From a virus, in IMG/VR virus record IMGVR_UViG_3300014137_000003: a stretch of 64,000 nt of DNA; one strand, given 5' to 3'. Below, in pieces: positions 1-8,529 of the stretch. The notes beneath the pieces were generated by a model, which had not been told where the DNA came from, ran no database searches, and saw only the letters and a list, made by a program, of their open reading frames with translations. How positions within the stretch are numbered: the first letter of the stretch is position 1; each line of letters starts with the position of its first letter. Both the position numbers and the translations under genes were made by a program.

Positions 1-333
1 GATGCAAATAGAGCAAATCAATCACATGTCAAATTCTCAGGTTTAGAATCTTGGCTAGAGGGGTATGTTCGAGGGACTTGTAAAAACATCTACAAAGCTC
101 TTAAGGGTGGTGCATTCAGTGCAGTAAATATCGCTGACTTCAACATGAAGGGTAGGGGTATGGTTTCCTTTGTAGATGAGTGGAAACGAATTGCGGAAGA
201 AGAAGGGCTTGAATACTACACTAATATTTATCTAGGTGTAACAGCCCGAGCAGGTTCTTTGGAACAAGAACTTGGGGTAGCTAAGAAGGAAATCATTATG
301 GTTTTTCGTTCGACTAAACCTGTGTGGGGTTAG
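1..333 (+). CDS. 3' end of a CDS starting upstream of the window; product unknown
   Basis: Frame +1 is open from base 1 to TAG 331-333 (own translation DANRANQSHVKFSG...RSTKPVWG*). The ORF track shows only the internal Met at 145. Confidence 0.5.
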   Translation, partial: DANRANQSHVKFSGLESWLEGYVRGTCKNIYKALKGGAFSAVNIADFNMKGRGMVSFVDEWKRIAEEEGLEYYTNIYLGVTARAGSLEQELGVAKKEIIMVFRSTKPVWG

Positions 334-361
334 TAGTAAGCTAATTAGAAATGGATAGTGT

Positions 362-646
362 ATGAGTAAAGAAGTAACTTGGAAGGTATTTGAAGAGGAG
401 AAAGCAAAACGCAAGTGGGTAGAAATTCAGTATCCACTTATCGGAACTCCTCTCTTTGAACATGCAACTGACTATATCGCTGAGCTAGAGAATGGTAGTC
501 GAGTTATGGTACGCAAGAAAGATAACTATGTATATGACAATGGTTCGGGTAGTGTAGCTAACGATAAGCAGATATCAGAATTACGAAAGAAAGCAGCTGA
601 GAAGTCAGAAATTAACCGTAAACGAAGAGATATGATTCTCTACTAG
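362..646 (+). CDS. hypothetical protein (94 aa)
   Basis: ATG ORF in the co-directional gene train with a basic C-terminus. No recognisable motif. Confidence 0.5.
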   Translation: MSKEVTWKVFEEEKAKRKWVEIQYPLIGTPLFEHATDYIAELENGSRVMVRKKDNYVYDNGSGSVANDKQISELRKKAAEKSEINRKRRDMILY

Positions 647-657
647 GAGGTAGGGTT

Positions 658-1017
658 ATGCTAGATGTAAGTAGGTTAGACGATAAAAGTTATGTTGGTA
701 ACTATATTAGAAAATCTCTCGAAGAAGTGTTAAAGTGGACAACTTTAAAGTGTGATTGGCGTAATGTAGATATCGAGATCCCTTATAATCTAGTTTTATC
801 TTCGGCAAGCCTACCTTGGGGGTATCGTTACAGATTGTACGATATTCCGAAGGGTACTATGACTTTGGTTAACATAGCAGAACCACAAGGTTTAGAGGAA
901 GTGTTAATTTCTCTTATCTCTAATTTCTGTACTACGAGGTGGGGTAACTTAGTGGATGGTAGAGCTACTCTGTATCATTTTGTACCCCAGGCTAAAAAAG
1001 CATACAACAGGAGTTAG
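658..1017 (+). CDS. hypothetical protein (119 aa)
   Basis: GGAGG (646-650) lies 7 nt upstream of ATG 658. No recognisable motif. Confidence 0.6.
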   Translation: MLDVSRLDDKSYVGNYIRKSLEEVLKWTTLKCDWRNVDIEIPYNLVLSSASLPWGYRYRLYDIPKGTMTLVNIAEPQGLEEVLISLISNFCTTRWGNLVDGRATLYHFVPQAKKAYNRS

Positions 1018-1056
1018 TAGGGTATCTTACTAACTTTTATTTTGAGGTATTAAATT

Positions 1057-1290
1057 ATGACATATAATGCTAAAGTATCGGAGGCTCATCAGTTAATCTC
1101 TTCTATGTTGATTTTGGATAGTAGAGAGGTGTTAGAGACTCCACATGGAATGGTAGCTAGATGGGTAGTAAATGAAACTTTATTCTATCTTGAAGCTATG
1201 TTAAATTATGGTTCTTGGCAGAATGCAGGTTTCAATGAACCTTGTTCTGAGGTTAAGACGTTTGCTCGGAGGTACGGGGTAGTTCTATGA
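1057..1290 (+). CDS. hypothetical protein (77 aa)
   Basis: GAGG upstream of the ATG. The stop overlaps the next start (ATGA at 1287-1290). Confidence 0.55.
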   Translation: MTYNAKVSEAHQLISSMLILDSREVLETPHGMVARWVVNETLFYLEAMLNYGSWQNAGFNEPCSEVKTFARRYGVVL

Positions 1291-1601
1291 CAGAGGTAAG
1301 CGAAAAGATTTCCCAACTAAAAGAGCTAAAAAGGTATTTAGCTCTCAAATATGACGATGAGGTATCGGTACATCTTAGCTATACAGCTTTCGATAGGGGA
1401 GGGGCATTCGGTGCTTGTTTGCTTGTCTCCTATAAGTGGAATTCTTTCAAGATAAAACTTGTTGGGGATGGCTCTGTTATCTACAGTTATAATTACTTAA
1501 ATAACCCGATTAGGTTTGTCTCTATTAGTGGAGTCTCTGTAGTAGAGTTTTGCAAGAAATTAAAATACGAATTACATCGTAGGTATAAAAAATTACATTA
1601 G
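1287..1601 (+). CDS. hypothetical protein (104 aa)
   Basis: ATGA start/stop overlap with the preceding ORF and GGAGG upstream. No motif. Confidence 0.6.
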   Translation: MTEVSEKISQLKELKRYLALKYDDEVSVHLSYTAFDRGGAFGACLLVSYKWNSFKIKLVGDGSVIYSYNYLNNPIRFVSISGVSVVEFCKKLKYELHRRYKKLH

Positions 1602-1605
1602 TTAG

Positions 1606-2358
1606 GTGGTAGTAGTAATGAGTTATGTTTTAAGTGAAAGAGACTTTAAAGTCTATTCGCAAGACTTTGCTCCCGTAGGATCTGTTAGTAGGACTTTGGG
1701 TGCAAATATAGGAGCCGTGTGGAGAGAGTTGTTATCTTTGGGTGATGACACTGTACACCGTGTCTCTGGGTTTGTATCTAGGGGTAGTAATGTCTATGCT
1801 TTAGTTTCGGATACTTATAAGGATGGTTTCAACCTTATAAACTGGGTAAAGGGGCACATCGATTTCAAACCTAAGGTATCTATCACTCCTATTAACTATT
1901 CTTTAGTTTTTGGTGAGGGTAGCTTACCTCGTGATATTGAAGAAATTCTAGAAGAGATTAACTCTGTTAGGTCTTTGTCACCGTCTTCTAGTCAGGTAAA
2001 CTCACCTTCTGAAGAAGTAGGTATCGCTTATGACGATGTTGCAACTTCTATCATCACTGAAGATTACTATTCTATTAGGGGTAGTGGTTTTGAGTTCTCA
2101 GTCTTTGATGAAGACAAAGAGTACATTATGGGACGTGGTTCTAACTGTGACTTTATTATCTCAGGTGTAGGGGTATCAAGACATCACTTGAAGTTCAAAT
2201 ATGAAGATGGTAGCTTGCAAGTGTTTGACTTAAACTCTACAAATGGTACTCGTGTAAACGGAAAACGAATTTATAGTGGCTCATGGGTAAACGTTGCTGA
2301 TGGTAGCACTATCAAGGTTGGTAGAGTTAACATGAGTGTAAATCTAAGGGAGGAATAG
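1606..2358 (+). CDS. FHA-domain protein (unassigned ~165-aa N-terminal region + C-terminal FHA)
   Basis: The C-terminal 80 aa carry the FHA signature (YIMGRGSNCDFII..VSRHHLKF..LQVFDLNSTNGTRVNGKRI). The start may be ATG 1618 rather than GTG 1606. Confidence 0.85.
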   Translation: MVVVMSYVLSERDFKVYSQDFAPVGSVSRTLGANIGAVWRELLSLGDDTVHRVSGFVSRGSNVYALVSDTYKDGFNLINWVKGHIDFKPKVSITPINYSLVFGEGSLPRDIEEILEEINSVRSLSPSSSQVNSPSEEVGIAYDDVATSIITEDYYSIRGSGFEFSVFDEDKEYIMGRGSNCDFIISGVGVSRHHLKFKYEDGSLQVFDLNSTNGTRVNGKRIYSGSWVNVADGSTIKVGRVNMSVNLREE

Positions 2359-2362
2359 TATT

Positions 2363-3037
2363 TTGGAGATACAAGGATTTACAGACATTGGTGTCCGTTA
2401 TAAAAATAATCAAGATACTTATCTTGTAATGAGGCTCAATATAGATGGTATTGAGTCTTGTCTACTTTTATTATGTGACGGTATGGGTGGTCTTGAGGAC
2501 GGTAGCTTTGCTAGTCAGAGCGTTGTAAAAGCTATTCGAGATTTGTGCGTTGAAGGTAACTTATCTAAGGAAAGTGTACGAGAAGCAATAAATAATGTTA
2601 ACTCTATGCTCTTAGATAAGTATGGTAGTGTAGGTAAGCAGTGTGGGACGACTTGTTCTGTCTTAGTTCTTTCTGAGGGGACTTATTGGGGGTATCATAT
2701 CGGTGATTCTCGTCTTTATCATTTTAGAGATAAAAACTACAAAATCTTGACAGAAGACCACACAGCCCTAAATATGAAACGTAAGCGTGGAGAGGTTATC
2801 ACTCCAGAGATTGAAAGACGTTATCGTTCTACTTTGTCGAGGTGTGTTGGGGTAGTTAAGAATCCTCGGTTAGATTACCTTGAGGGTAGTTACTCTGAGG
2901 GAGATACTTTTGTTGCTTGCTCTGATGGTTTTTGGCACTATTGGGATATGTCTTTAGACAACTTAGAAAATTCTATTGAATTGGTAAAATCTAAAGGCGA
3001 ACGAGATAACATTTCGGTAGTGAGCGTGGAGGTTTAG
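2363..3037 (+). CDS. PP2C/PPM-family Ser/Thr protein phosphatase
   Basis: PPM motifs NQDTY, LLCDGMGG, GTTCSVLVL, HIGDSRLY, LTEDHT and ACSDGFW. TTG start 4 nt after the FHA gene stop. Confidence 0.85.
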   Translation: MEIQGFTDIGVRYKNNQDTYLVMRLNIDGIESCLLLLCDGMGGLEDGSFASQSVVKAIRDLCVEGNLSKESVREAINNVNSMLLDKYGSVGKQCGTTCSVLVLSEGTYWGYHIGDSRLYHFRDKNYKILTEDHTALNMKRKRGEVITPEIERRYRSTLSRCVGVVKNPRLDYLEGSYSEGDTFVACSDGFWHYWDMSLDNLENSIELVKSKGERDNISVVSVEV

Positions 3038-3038
3038 T

Positions 3039-5006
3039 GTGAAAGTTAATGATATTGTATTAAACAAGTATATTATCACAAAGATTATTTCAGGAGATGG
3101 AACTAATCGTAGGGGTATGTCAAACCTTTACAAAGCTAGGGATAAGGACTTAGGTATTTATTGGGCTATCAAGGAAATCATAAAGAATTCTGATGGTACT
3201 ATTTCACTTCAACAGAGGTCTCTTATTCGAGAAGCACAGATTATGCGGAAGCTCCAGCATCCTTCTATTCCTAGGATTGTTTCTATTGAGCAATTAGATG
3301 ACAGGGTTCTAATTATAATGGACTGGGCTGATGGTAGGTCTGTTGGTGAGTGGATTCGCTCTAGTGGAGCCATGCCTTTGCAACGAGGTTTGAATATCAT
3401 AAAAACTGTCTGTGGAGTAGTGGGGTATTTGCATAGTCGTCCTACTCCTATCTTTTACAGGGATATGAAACCTGAGAACATTATGTATGACCCATCTTCT
3501 AAGAGGGTAATGTTATTGGACTTTGGTATTTCTGTTGAGGTAGATTTCAGTAAACCTATCTCGGACAGGGTAGGAACTAAGGGGTACTACGATAAGTATT
3601 CTATTGCCCCAACAAAACGTGAGCTAGCTAATGGGGTAGGACCTAGGTACTTTGATTTACGTTCTGATATCTACTCTCTAGGTTGGACGATGTTCGAGAT
3701 CTTTACTGGAGTTAGCCCATATAACTATATTTTGCTTAAGTCTAGGAAAGTTGAGACAGTTATCTTATCTTTGCTTGAGAGTCGCTTACCAGAATTTGAA
3801 GATGAAGACTCTGAAAACCCAGAACTAAAAGAAAAGACGTGGTCTAAGTTTAGTGGTAGTTTAAGTAAATCTCTTCGTCACTCTTTAGAAGAGTTGGTTA
3901 CTGGAGGAGATATTGATGTATTTATCTCTAAAGCTATCAAAATTATTAAATCTGAGGTTTCTATTTTTGTCCCAGATGAAAATATAGTTAATCACTGTAT
4001 GACTGGGTTAGATAAAGAGTTACAAAAAGCCATTCACTCTCTTGGGAATACTTACATAGCCACAAGAGATGTAAGGGAGTACGCTAAGAATATCCCTCAA
4101 TCTTTGGCTGATGTAATTATAAAAGCTACTGAACCTGAACCAATAGACAGATTTCAATCCATCGAAGAATTACAAATTGCTCTTGAAGACCTAGAAAAGG
4201 TAGACAAGGGTTACAACAAACTTCTAAAACGAAGGGTAAACCAAGTAATCACTCTAGGAGTTTTGGGTATTGGCTTATGTTTAGGTTCTATTGCCCCTTA
4301 CATGGCTTATGAACAAGGGTTAAAGAACCAGTACCAGGTCTTAGTTGCGAATGCAAGTAAGTCAGGTAGTTTCTCGGACTACTTAAAGGTTATTGAGTAT
4401 GACCCTAAGGAGATTGACCCTTACTTTGGTTTGATTGACTCTATTAAAGCAGATGGGGTGTTCACCAAAGACGAAGAGAGTACAATGCTAGACTTAATTA
4501 ACCCTAACCTCCCTACCTTAGAAAAGAGTAAGAGGTACAAGGAGTTAGCTTTCGAGATTGGTCGTTTATACTGGTTGTACTATGACGGTGGTAAATCAGA
4601 GGAAATTGCAAGTAGGTGGTTTAAAGACGCCAAGGGTTACAATCAGTTAGCTGATGTTTTCTATTCTATTGGTTCTTTCCCTACGGCAGTTGTTAAATCT
4701 GCTAACGAAGGTTCTGATGCAGGAATGTATAAGAAACAATGGGAAATCTTAAACTCTGTAACTGGTCAATCAGAGTTAACAAGTTTACAGATAGCAAAAG
4801 CTCAGCTTTACTTGGTAGATACCTATACTAGTAGGCTAAGGTCTGATGGGGTATCTAAGGAAGATGTTCTATCTAAGCTTTCTGAAATTTCTAGTTTAGT
4901 TAATAGCTCTTCTAGTGGTGATTCTCGTCAATCTCGTCTAGCTAATGAGCTTAAAAAATCTCTTCCAGAGGTTTTAGAAAAGGTTGAGGTGGCTTACAGT
5001 GTTTAG
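3039..5006 (+). CDS. Hanks-type Ser/Thr protein kinase with one TM helix and a ~230-aa helical ectodomain
   Basis: Kinase subdomains: WAIKEI (catalytic Lys), YRDMKPENIMY, LLDFGIS and SDIYSLGWTMFEIFTG. TM helix VITLGVLGIGLCLGSIAPYMAY. GTG start directly after the PP2C stop. Confidence 0.85.
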   Translation: MKVNDIVLNKYIITKIISGDGTNRRGMSNLYKARDKDLGIYWAIKEIIKNSDGTISLQQRSLIREAQIMRKLQHPSIPRIVSIEQLDDRVLIIMDWADGRSVGEWIRSSGAMPLQRGLNIIKTVCGVVGYLHSRPTPIFYRDMKPENIMYDPSSKRVMLLDFGISVEVDFSKPISDRVGTKGYYDKYSIAPTKRELANGVGPRYFDLRSDIYSLGWTMFEIFTGVSPYNYILLKSRKVETVILSLLESRLPEFEDEDSENPELKEKTWSKFSGSLSKSLRHSLEELVTGGDIDVFISKAIKIIKSEVSIFVPDENIVNHCMTGLDKELQKAIHSLGNTYIATRDVREYAKNIPQSLADVIIKATEPEPIDRFQSIEELQIALEDLEKVDKGYNKLLKRRVNQVITLGVLGIGLCLGSIAPYMAYEQGLKNQYQVLVANASKSGSFSDYLKVIEYDPKEIDPYFGLIDSIKADGVFTKDEESTMLDLINPNLPTLEKSKRYKELAFEIGRLYWLYYDGGKSEEIASRWFKDAKGYNQLADVFYSIGSFPTAVVKSANEGSDAGMYKKQWEILNSVTGQSELTSLQIAKAQLYLVDTYTSRLRSDGVSKEDVLSKLSEISSLVNSSSSGDSRQSRLANELKKSLPEVLEKVEVAYSV

Positions 5007-5424
5007 TTTATTTATTGTAATGTTGGTGAGTGGTTTACTACTTTTAGTCTTATCTGCAGTTCTTTATGTTGTATGGAATATTCCAGATGCAGTAGATGAG
5101 CTAAGTGGTAAAAAACGTAAAAGGCAGATAGAAAAACTACAAAAGGCAAGTATGGCAATTGGGGCTACTGGTGTTGTAGCTAGTACAACTCAGATGTTTA
5201 AGGATAGTGAGGAAGAAGAAGAGATTACAAATCTTATTCAAAATGCTCGTAATTCTTACACTGGTGAAGTACATTCTGATACTGACCCTTTAGAGGAAGA
5301 AGCTACTGGTATCATTCCTGAAGAACCTGTAGAAGAGTCCGTTGCTACGTTTTCCGAATCTGGTACTGTTGATAAGTTCGAGAATATTGTTATCTTGGAA
5401 GAGATAACTAATTTGGAGGTTTAA
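4984..5424 (+). CDS. small membrane protein with an acidic C-terminal tail
   Basis: N-terminal TM helix (FSLFIVMLVSGLLLLVLSAVLYVVW), a KKRKRQ stop-transfer and a Glu-rich tail. It overlaps the kinase stop. The more likely start is GTG 4999, behind GAGGTGG. Confidence 0.6.
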   Translation: MRWLTVFSLFIVMLVSGLLLLVLSAVLYVVWNIPDAVDELSGKKRKRQIEKLQKASMAIGATGVVASTTQMFKDSEEEEEITNLIQNARNSYTGEVHSDTDPLEEEATGIIPEEPVEESVATFSESGTVDKFENIVILEEITNLEV

Positions 5425-5425
5425 T

Positions 5426-8398
5426 GTGAATAAGAGAACTAAAAATAGTTTAACGACAGGTCTTTTATTAAGTACTGCCGTACTAGGGGTATATGCATCT
5501 AAGGGGTATGTATCTGCCGACGAGTTAACTAATAACCCCTCTACTTCGGTTGTTTCAGGTGCGACTCCTAGTACAGGGGTAGCATCGGTGGAAGTACCTA
5601 AGGTAGCTTCAACGGTGGAGGCAACTCCTACAGTTGAGGTAGCACCTAAGGCTGAGGTTACCCCTACAACAGGGGTAGCTCCTACTAATAATGTAGCTCC
5701 CACAGCTCCTACAGCTCCTACAGTTTCCGAAGCTCCTACAAACAAGGTAACTTCTCCAGCTGAGGCAGCTCCTACAACTGAGGTGAAACCTAGCGTAGCT
5801 GAAACTCCCAAGGCAGAAGAAAAACCTAAAGCTGAGACTCCTAAAGCAGAAGAAAAACCTAAAGAAAAGGTAATTACTAACGCTGAGGAGAAACCTAGCA
5901 TTGGCAAAGCTCCTAAATCTGAGGACGGCTCAACTTCAAAAGATGAAGAAAAACCTAACACTGGTGAGACACCTAAATCTGAGGAAACTCCAAAGGCGTC
6001 TACACCTACATTTAACTTCACCTTAGGTGGAAGGGATGAGTCTGTAACGGATACTCCTAGTAAGCTTGACTTAGGTGAGGAGGTTTCTTTCGAGAATAAC
6101 ACAAAACATACGGATGTCACTTATAAACAAGTTACATCTAATGGTGTTACTTTCGATTTAACAAAGAACAAAGTTAAACCTATCACTTCTAAGCTTATCG
6201 CAGTGTATAAAGACGATAAAGGTGAAGAACAGGAAGTCCAAGTTGCTGAAATTACTGGTACTAAGGTTTATAACCTAGATCTATCCTATAGTAACACAGG
6301 TAACTCAGTGACTTATACTTTTGATGTAAACCAACTATTGGAAAAAGACTCTTATCAGTCTAAGTATAAAGTCTTGGTAGATGGGGTAGAAGTTCAGGAC
6401 TTTGACTCTACAGAAGATGAAATCACTGGTACTCTTAATTTAATTAATAAATTAAGCGAAGGTACTCACACAGTTGAGATTGCAGGTCAATCGAAGTTTG
6501 GGGTAGTTGTTTCGGGTAAAGATACTGTTATTGTCCCTAAAGAGTTTGTTCCAAACCCATCTCCAGCACCTCTTCCTAATAGCGATAAGCAACCAGGAAC
6601 TGCGACTGGTGGGGATGTACCTTACAACCCAGTACCAGGGTATGACAACACTAACACCAACCCTAAAGTAAACCCTACGGTTACTCCTACAGTTAATCCT
6701 ACGGTTACTCCTGCAGGTGGTGGAGATGCTCCAGTAGTTAATCCGGATAGAGGTAACACTGGTGGGTTGACTCCAACTCCTAGTCCTATTCCTAGCCCAA
6801 GCAAGGATAACAATCCTTATGAAGTACCTACTGCTCCTCAACCAGCTCCAGTTAAAGAGCCAGTTAGGGGTGTTGAGGACGTAAGAGTTGGTGGAGTTTC
6901 TATTTATGGGGACGCTCCTAAACCTAGTGGGGTAGCTACTAATGGTGACACTACTACATTCACAGACCCTAAAAAAGTAGACATTAGGGTAAATCTTGAT
7001 ACGTCAGTAATTGATAGCTCTCGTACAGTACTTAAGCTTGTAGGTCGTGAGCAGGGTGAGATTGGTGCTAGTCAGTTTGTAGAGTTGAAAGACGGTGCTT
7101 ATAAGATTAAAGGTGTCGCAAAAGACGACTTCTACACTCTTACCATTAAAGCCTATGACAAAAACGGTAATTTGGTTACTGACACAGTTGAAACGTTCTC
7201 TGTGAACAAGGGAGGTTCTAAGTACTCTATCTCCAACAAAGGTCTTGCAGGTTCATCTGTTAAAAACCTCAATTCTAATCTTAAGATTGAGGAAACTAAC
7301 GTAGATAAAATCAAATCAGATAAAACTACTATTAAGGTATTCCTAGATGGTAAGCTTGTTGAGTTACCTAAAGATGCAATTAAAGTATCTAGGTCTGGTG
7401 GAGTTTCAGGTAAATGGAAGTACACTTACTCAATCAACAAGAATAAGTTTAAGGCTGAAGGGGTATACACTATTGAGGTTTATTCTGAATCTGAAACTGG
7501 TGTAAACTACAATTCAACTAAGAAAACTCTTCAATTTACGGTTGATAGGACTCCAGCGGAAATTTCTATTAGTGGTGTCCGTGATGGTGGTAGGTATAAG
7601 GCATCTAGCAAACGTATCACTATTGATATTCGTGATATCTCTGAGTTAAAATCTGTTAAAGCATTCTTGAATGGTAAAGAAGTAGAACTTGAATACGATT
7701 CAGAGACTGGTCTTTACTACTATGAAATGAAATCTAGTGGTAAGGGTAAAAATGAATTTGTTGTTGAGGTAGAAGATGCAGCAGGTAACGTATCTACTGA
7801 AACTGTTAAAGGTTTCTACTTAAGTGAAGATTTGGCTTTCTCTATCTTTAACGATGACAACTTGTACTGGCTACTAGGGGGTATCGCAGCAGCAACTGGT
7901 GGATTCTTAGGATTCTTGGCTCTACGTCGTAAACGTAAACTTGATGAAGAAGACCGCTTGGCTCTAGAACAGGCTGAGTTACTTGCAGCAAGTGCCTCAT
8001 CTAGTGGTTCTGAGACAGTAGGTGAATCTCCAGAGTCTTCTGATGAACGCTTTAACGTAGATGATATTCTACCAGCGGGTGAAGAAATTTTGTCTGTCTC
8101 TACTGAAGAAGTTCAAGATACTGATTTGGAAGGTTCTCAAGACGTTGAAGCAACTGATGTTCTTCCAGAAGATGAAGAGTTCTCAGAAGATAATGAAGCA
8201 ACAGATGTTATCCCAGAAGACGACGAGGACTCAGAAGATAACGAAGCTACTGACGTTATTGAAGACGACGAAGAATCTGAAGACAACCAAGAAACAGATG
8301 TTATCGAAGACTCTTCTGACGAAGACGAGTTAAAAACTGATGTTATTGATGAAGACTCTTCTGAAGATAACGAACCTACTGATATTGTAGAAGATTAA
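5426..8398 (+). CDS. large surface protein anchored by a C-terminal TM helix, with a hyper-acidic cytoplasmic repeat tail (no LPXTG)
   Basis: GTG start behind GGAGG. Signal peptide, then a Pro/Thr/Ala/Lys-rich low-complexity region and a long beta-rich middle part. TM helix LYWLLGGIAAATGGFLGFLAL followed by RRKRK, then a 150-aa Asp/Glu tail with six TD-containing repeats. Confidence 0.8.
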   Translation: MNKRTKNSLTTGLLLSTAVLGVYASKGYVSADELTNNPSTSVVSGATPSTGVASVEVPKVASTVEATPTVEVAPKAEVTPTTGVAPTNNVAPTAPTAPTVSEAPTNKVTSPAEAAPTTEVKPSVAETPKAEEKPKAETPKAEEKPKEKVITNAEEKPSIGKAPKSEDGSTSKDEEKPNTGETPKSEETPKASTPTFNFTLGGRDESVTDTPSKLDLGEEVSFENNTKHTDVTYKQVTSNGVTFDLTKNKVKPITSKLIAVYKDDKGEEQEVQVAEITGTKVYNLDLSYSNTGNSVTYTFDVNQLLEKDSYQSKYKVLVDGVEVQDFDSTEDEITGTLNLINKLSEGTHTVEIAGQSKFGVVVSGKDTVIVPKEFVPNPSPAPLPNSDKQPGTATGGDVPYNPVPGYDNTNTNPKVNPTVTPTVNPTVTPAGGGDAPVVNPDRGNTGGLTPTPSPIPSPSKDNNPYEVPTAPQPAPVKEPVRGVEDVRVGGVSIYGDAPKPSGVATNGDTTTFTDPKKVDIRVNLDTSVIDSSRTVLKLVGREQGEIGASQFVELKDGAYKIKGVAKDDFYTLTIKAYDKNGNLVTDTVETFSVNKGGSKYSISNKGLAGSSVKNLNSNLKIEETNVDKIKSDKTTIKVFLDGKLVELPKDAIKVSRSGGVSGKWKYTYSINKNKFKAEGVYTIEVYSESETGVNYNSTKKTLQFTVDRTPAEISISGVRDGGRYKASSKRITIDIRDISELKSVKAFLNGKEVELEYDSETGLYYYEMKSSGKGKNEFVVEVEDAAGNVSTETVKGFYLSEDLAFSIFNDDNLYWLLGGIAAATGGFLGFLALRRKRKLDEEDRLALEQAELLAASASSSGSETVGESPESSDERFNVDDILPAGEEILSVSTEEVQDTDLEGSQDVEATDVLPEDEEFSEDNEATDVIPEDDEDSEDNEATDVIEDDEESEDNQETDVIEDSSDEDELKTDVIDEDSSEDNEPTDIVED
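8147..8398 (+). repeat. six in-frame tandem repeats of ~42-48 bp encoding E-A-T-D-V-I/L-P/E-E-D-D-E-x-S-E-D-N
   Basis: Read directly: EATDVLPEDEEFSEDN / EATDVIPEDDEDSEDN / EATDVIEDDEESEDN / QETDVIEDSSDEDE / LKTDVIDEDSSEDN / EPTDIVED*. Confidence 0.9.
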
Positions 8399-8400
8399 TT

Positions 8401-8433
8401 AAGATAGCCCTTAATTGGGTTATCTTTTTTTAT
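8401..8433 (+). terminator. rho-independent terminator
   Basis: AAGATAGCCC-ttaatt-GGGTTATCTT hairpin followed by a T-run. Confidence 0.7.
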
Positions 8434-8461
8434 TTGCCACAAAGAGTGGAGGGGGTATAAG
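8434..8461 (+). promoter_or_regulatory. possible sigma-A promoter for the ardC operon
   Basis: TTGCCA (8434-8439), a 16-nt spacer, then TATAAG (8456-8461). The -10 overlaps a GGGGTA copy. Confidence 0.3.
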
Positions 8462-8529
8462 TTCTATTTAATTATCTTTGAGATTATTATATACTAGGTA
8501 TAGAAAAACTTTTGGAGGTATTTTGGTTT

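Noticed and set aside
3039-5006. YRD instead of HRD in the kinase catalytic loop as a sign of a pseudokinase
   Set aside because: YRDxKPEN is the normal catalytic loop of many active kinases, for example the AGC family. The Lys, the catalytic Asp and the DFG are all present.
5290-6120. 276-aa minus-strand ORF
   Set aside because: It lies antisense to the Pro/Thr/Ala-rich low-complexity part of the 5426-8398 gene. Its Ser/Gly/Val-rich translation is a typical shadow of a biased repeat region, with no RBS or promoter context.
8061-8333. Alternative-frame + strand ORFs (8061-8333, 15991-16173, 32987-33181, 53695-54033)
   Set aside because: Each is embedded in a longer ORF with recognisable features, and their compositions (K/T/L-rich or similar) are frame-shift shadows of repeats. 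The ORF at 53695-54033 would also run through the terminator.
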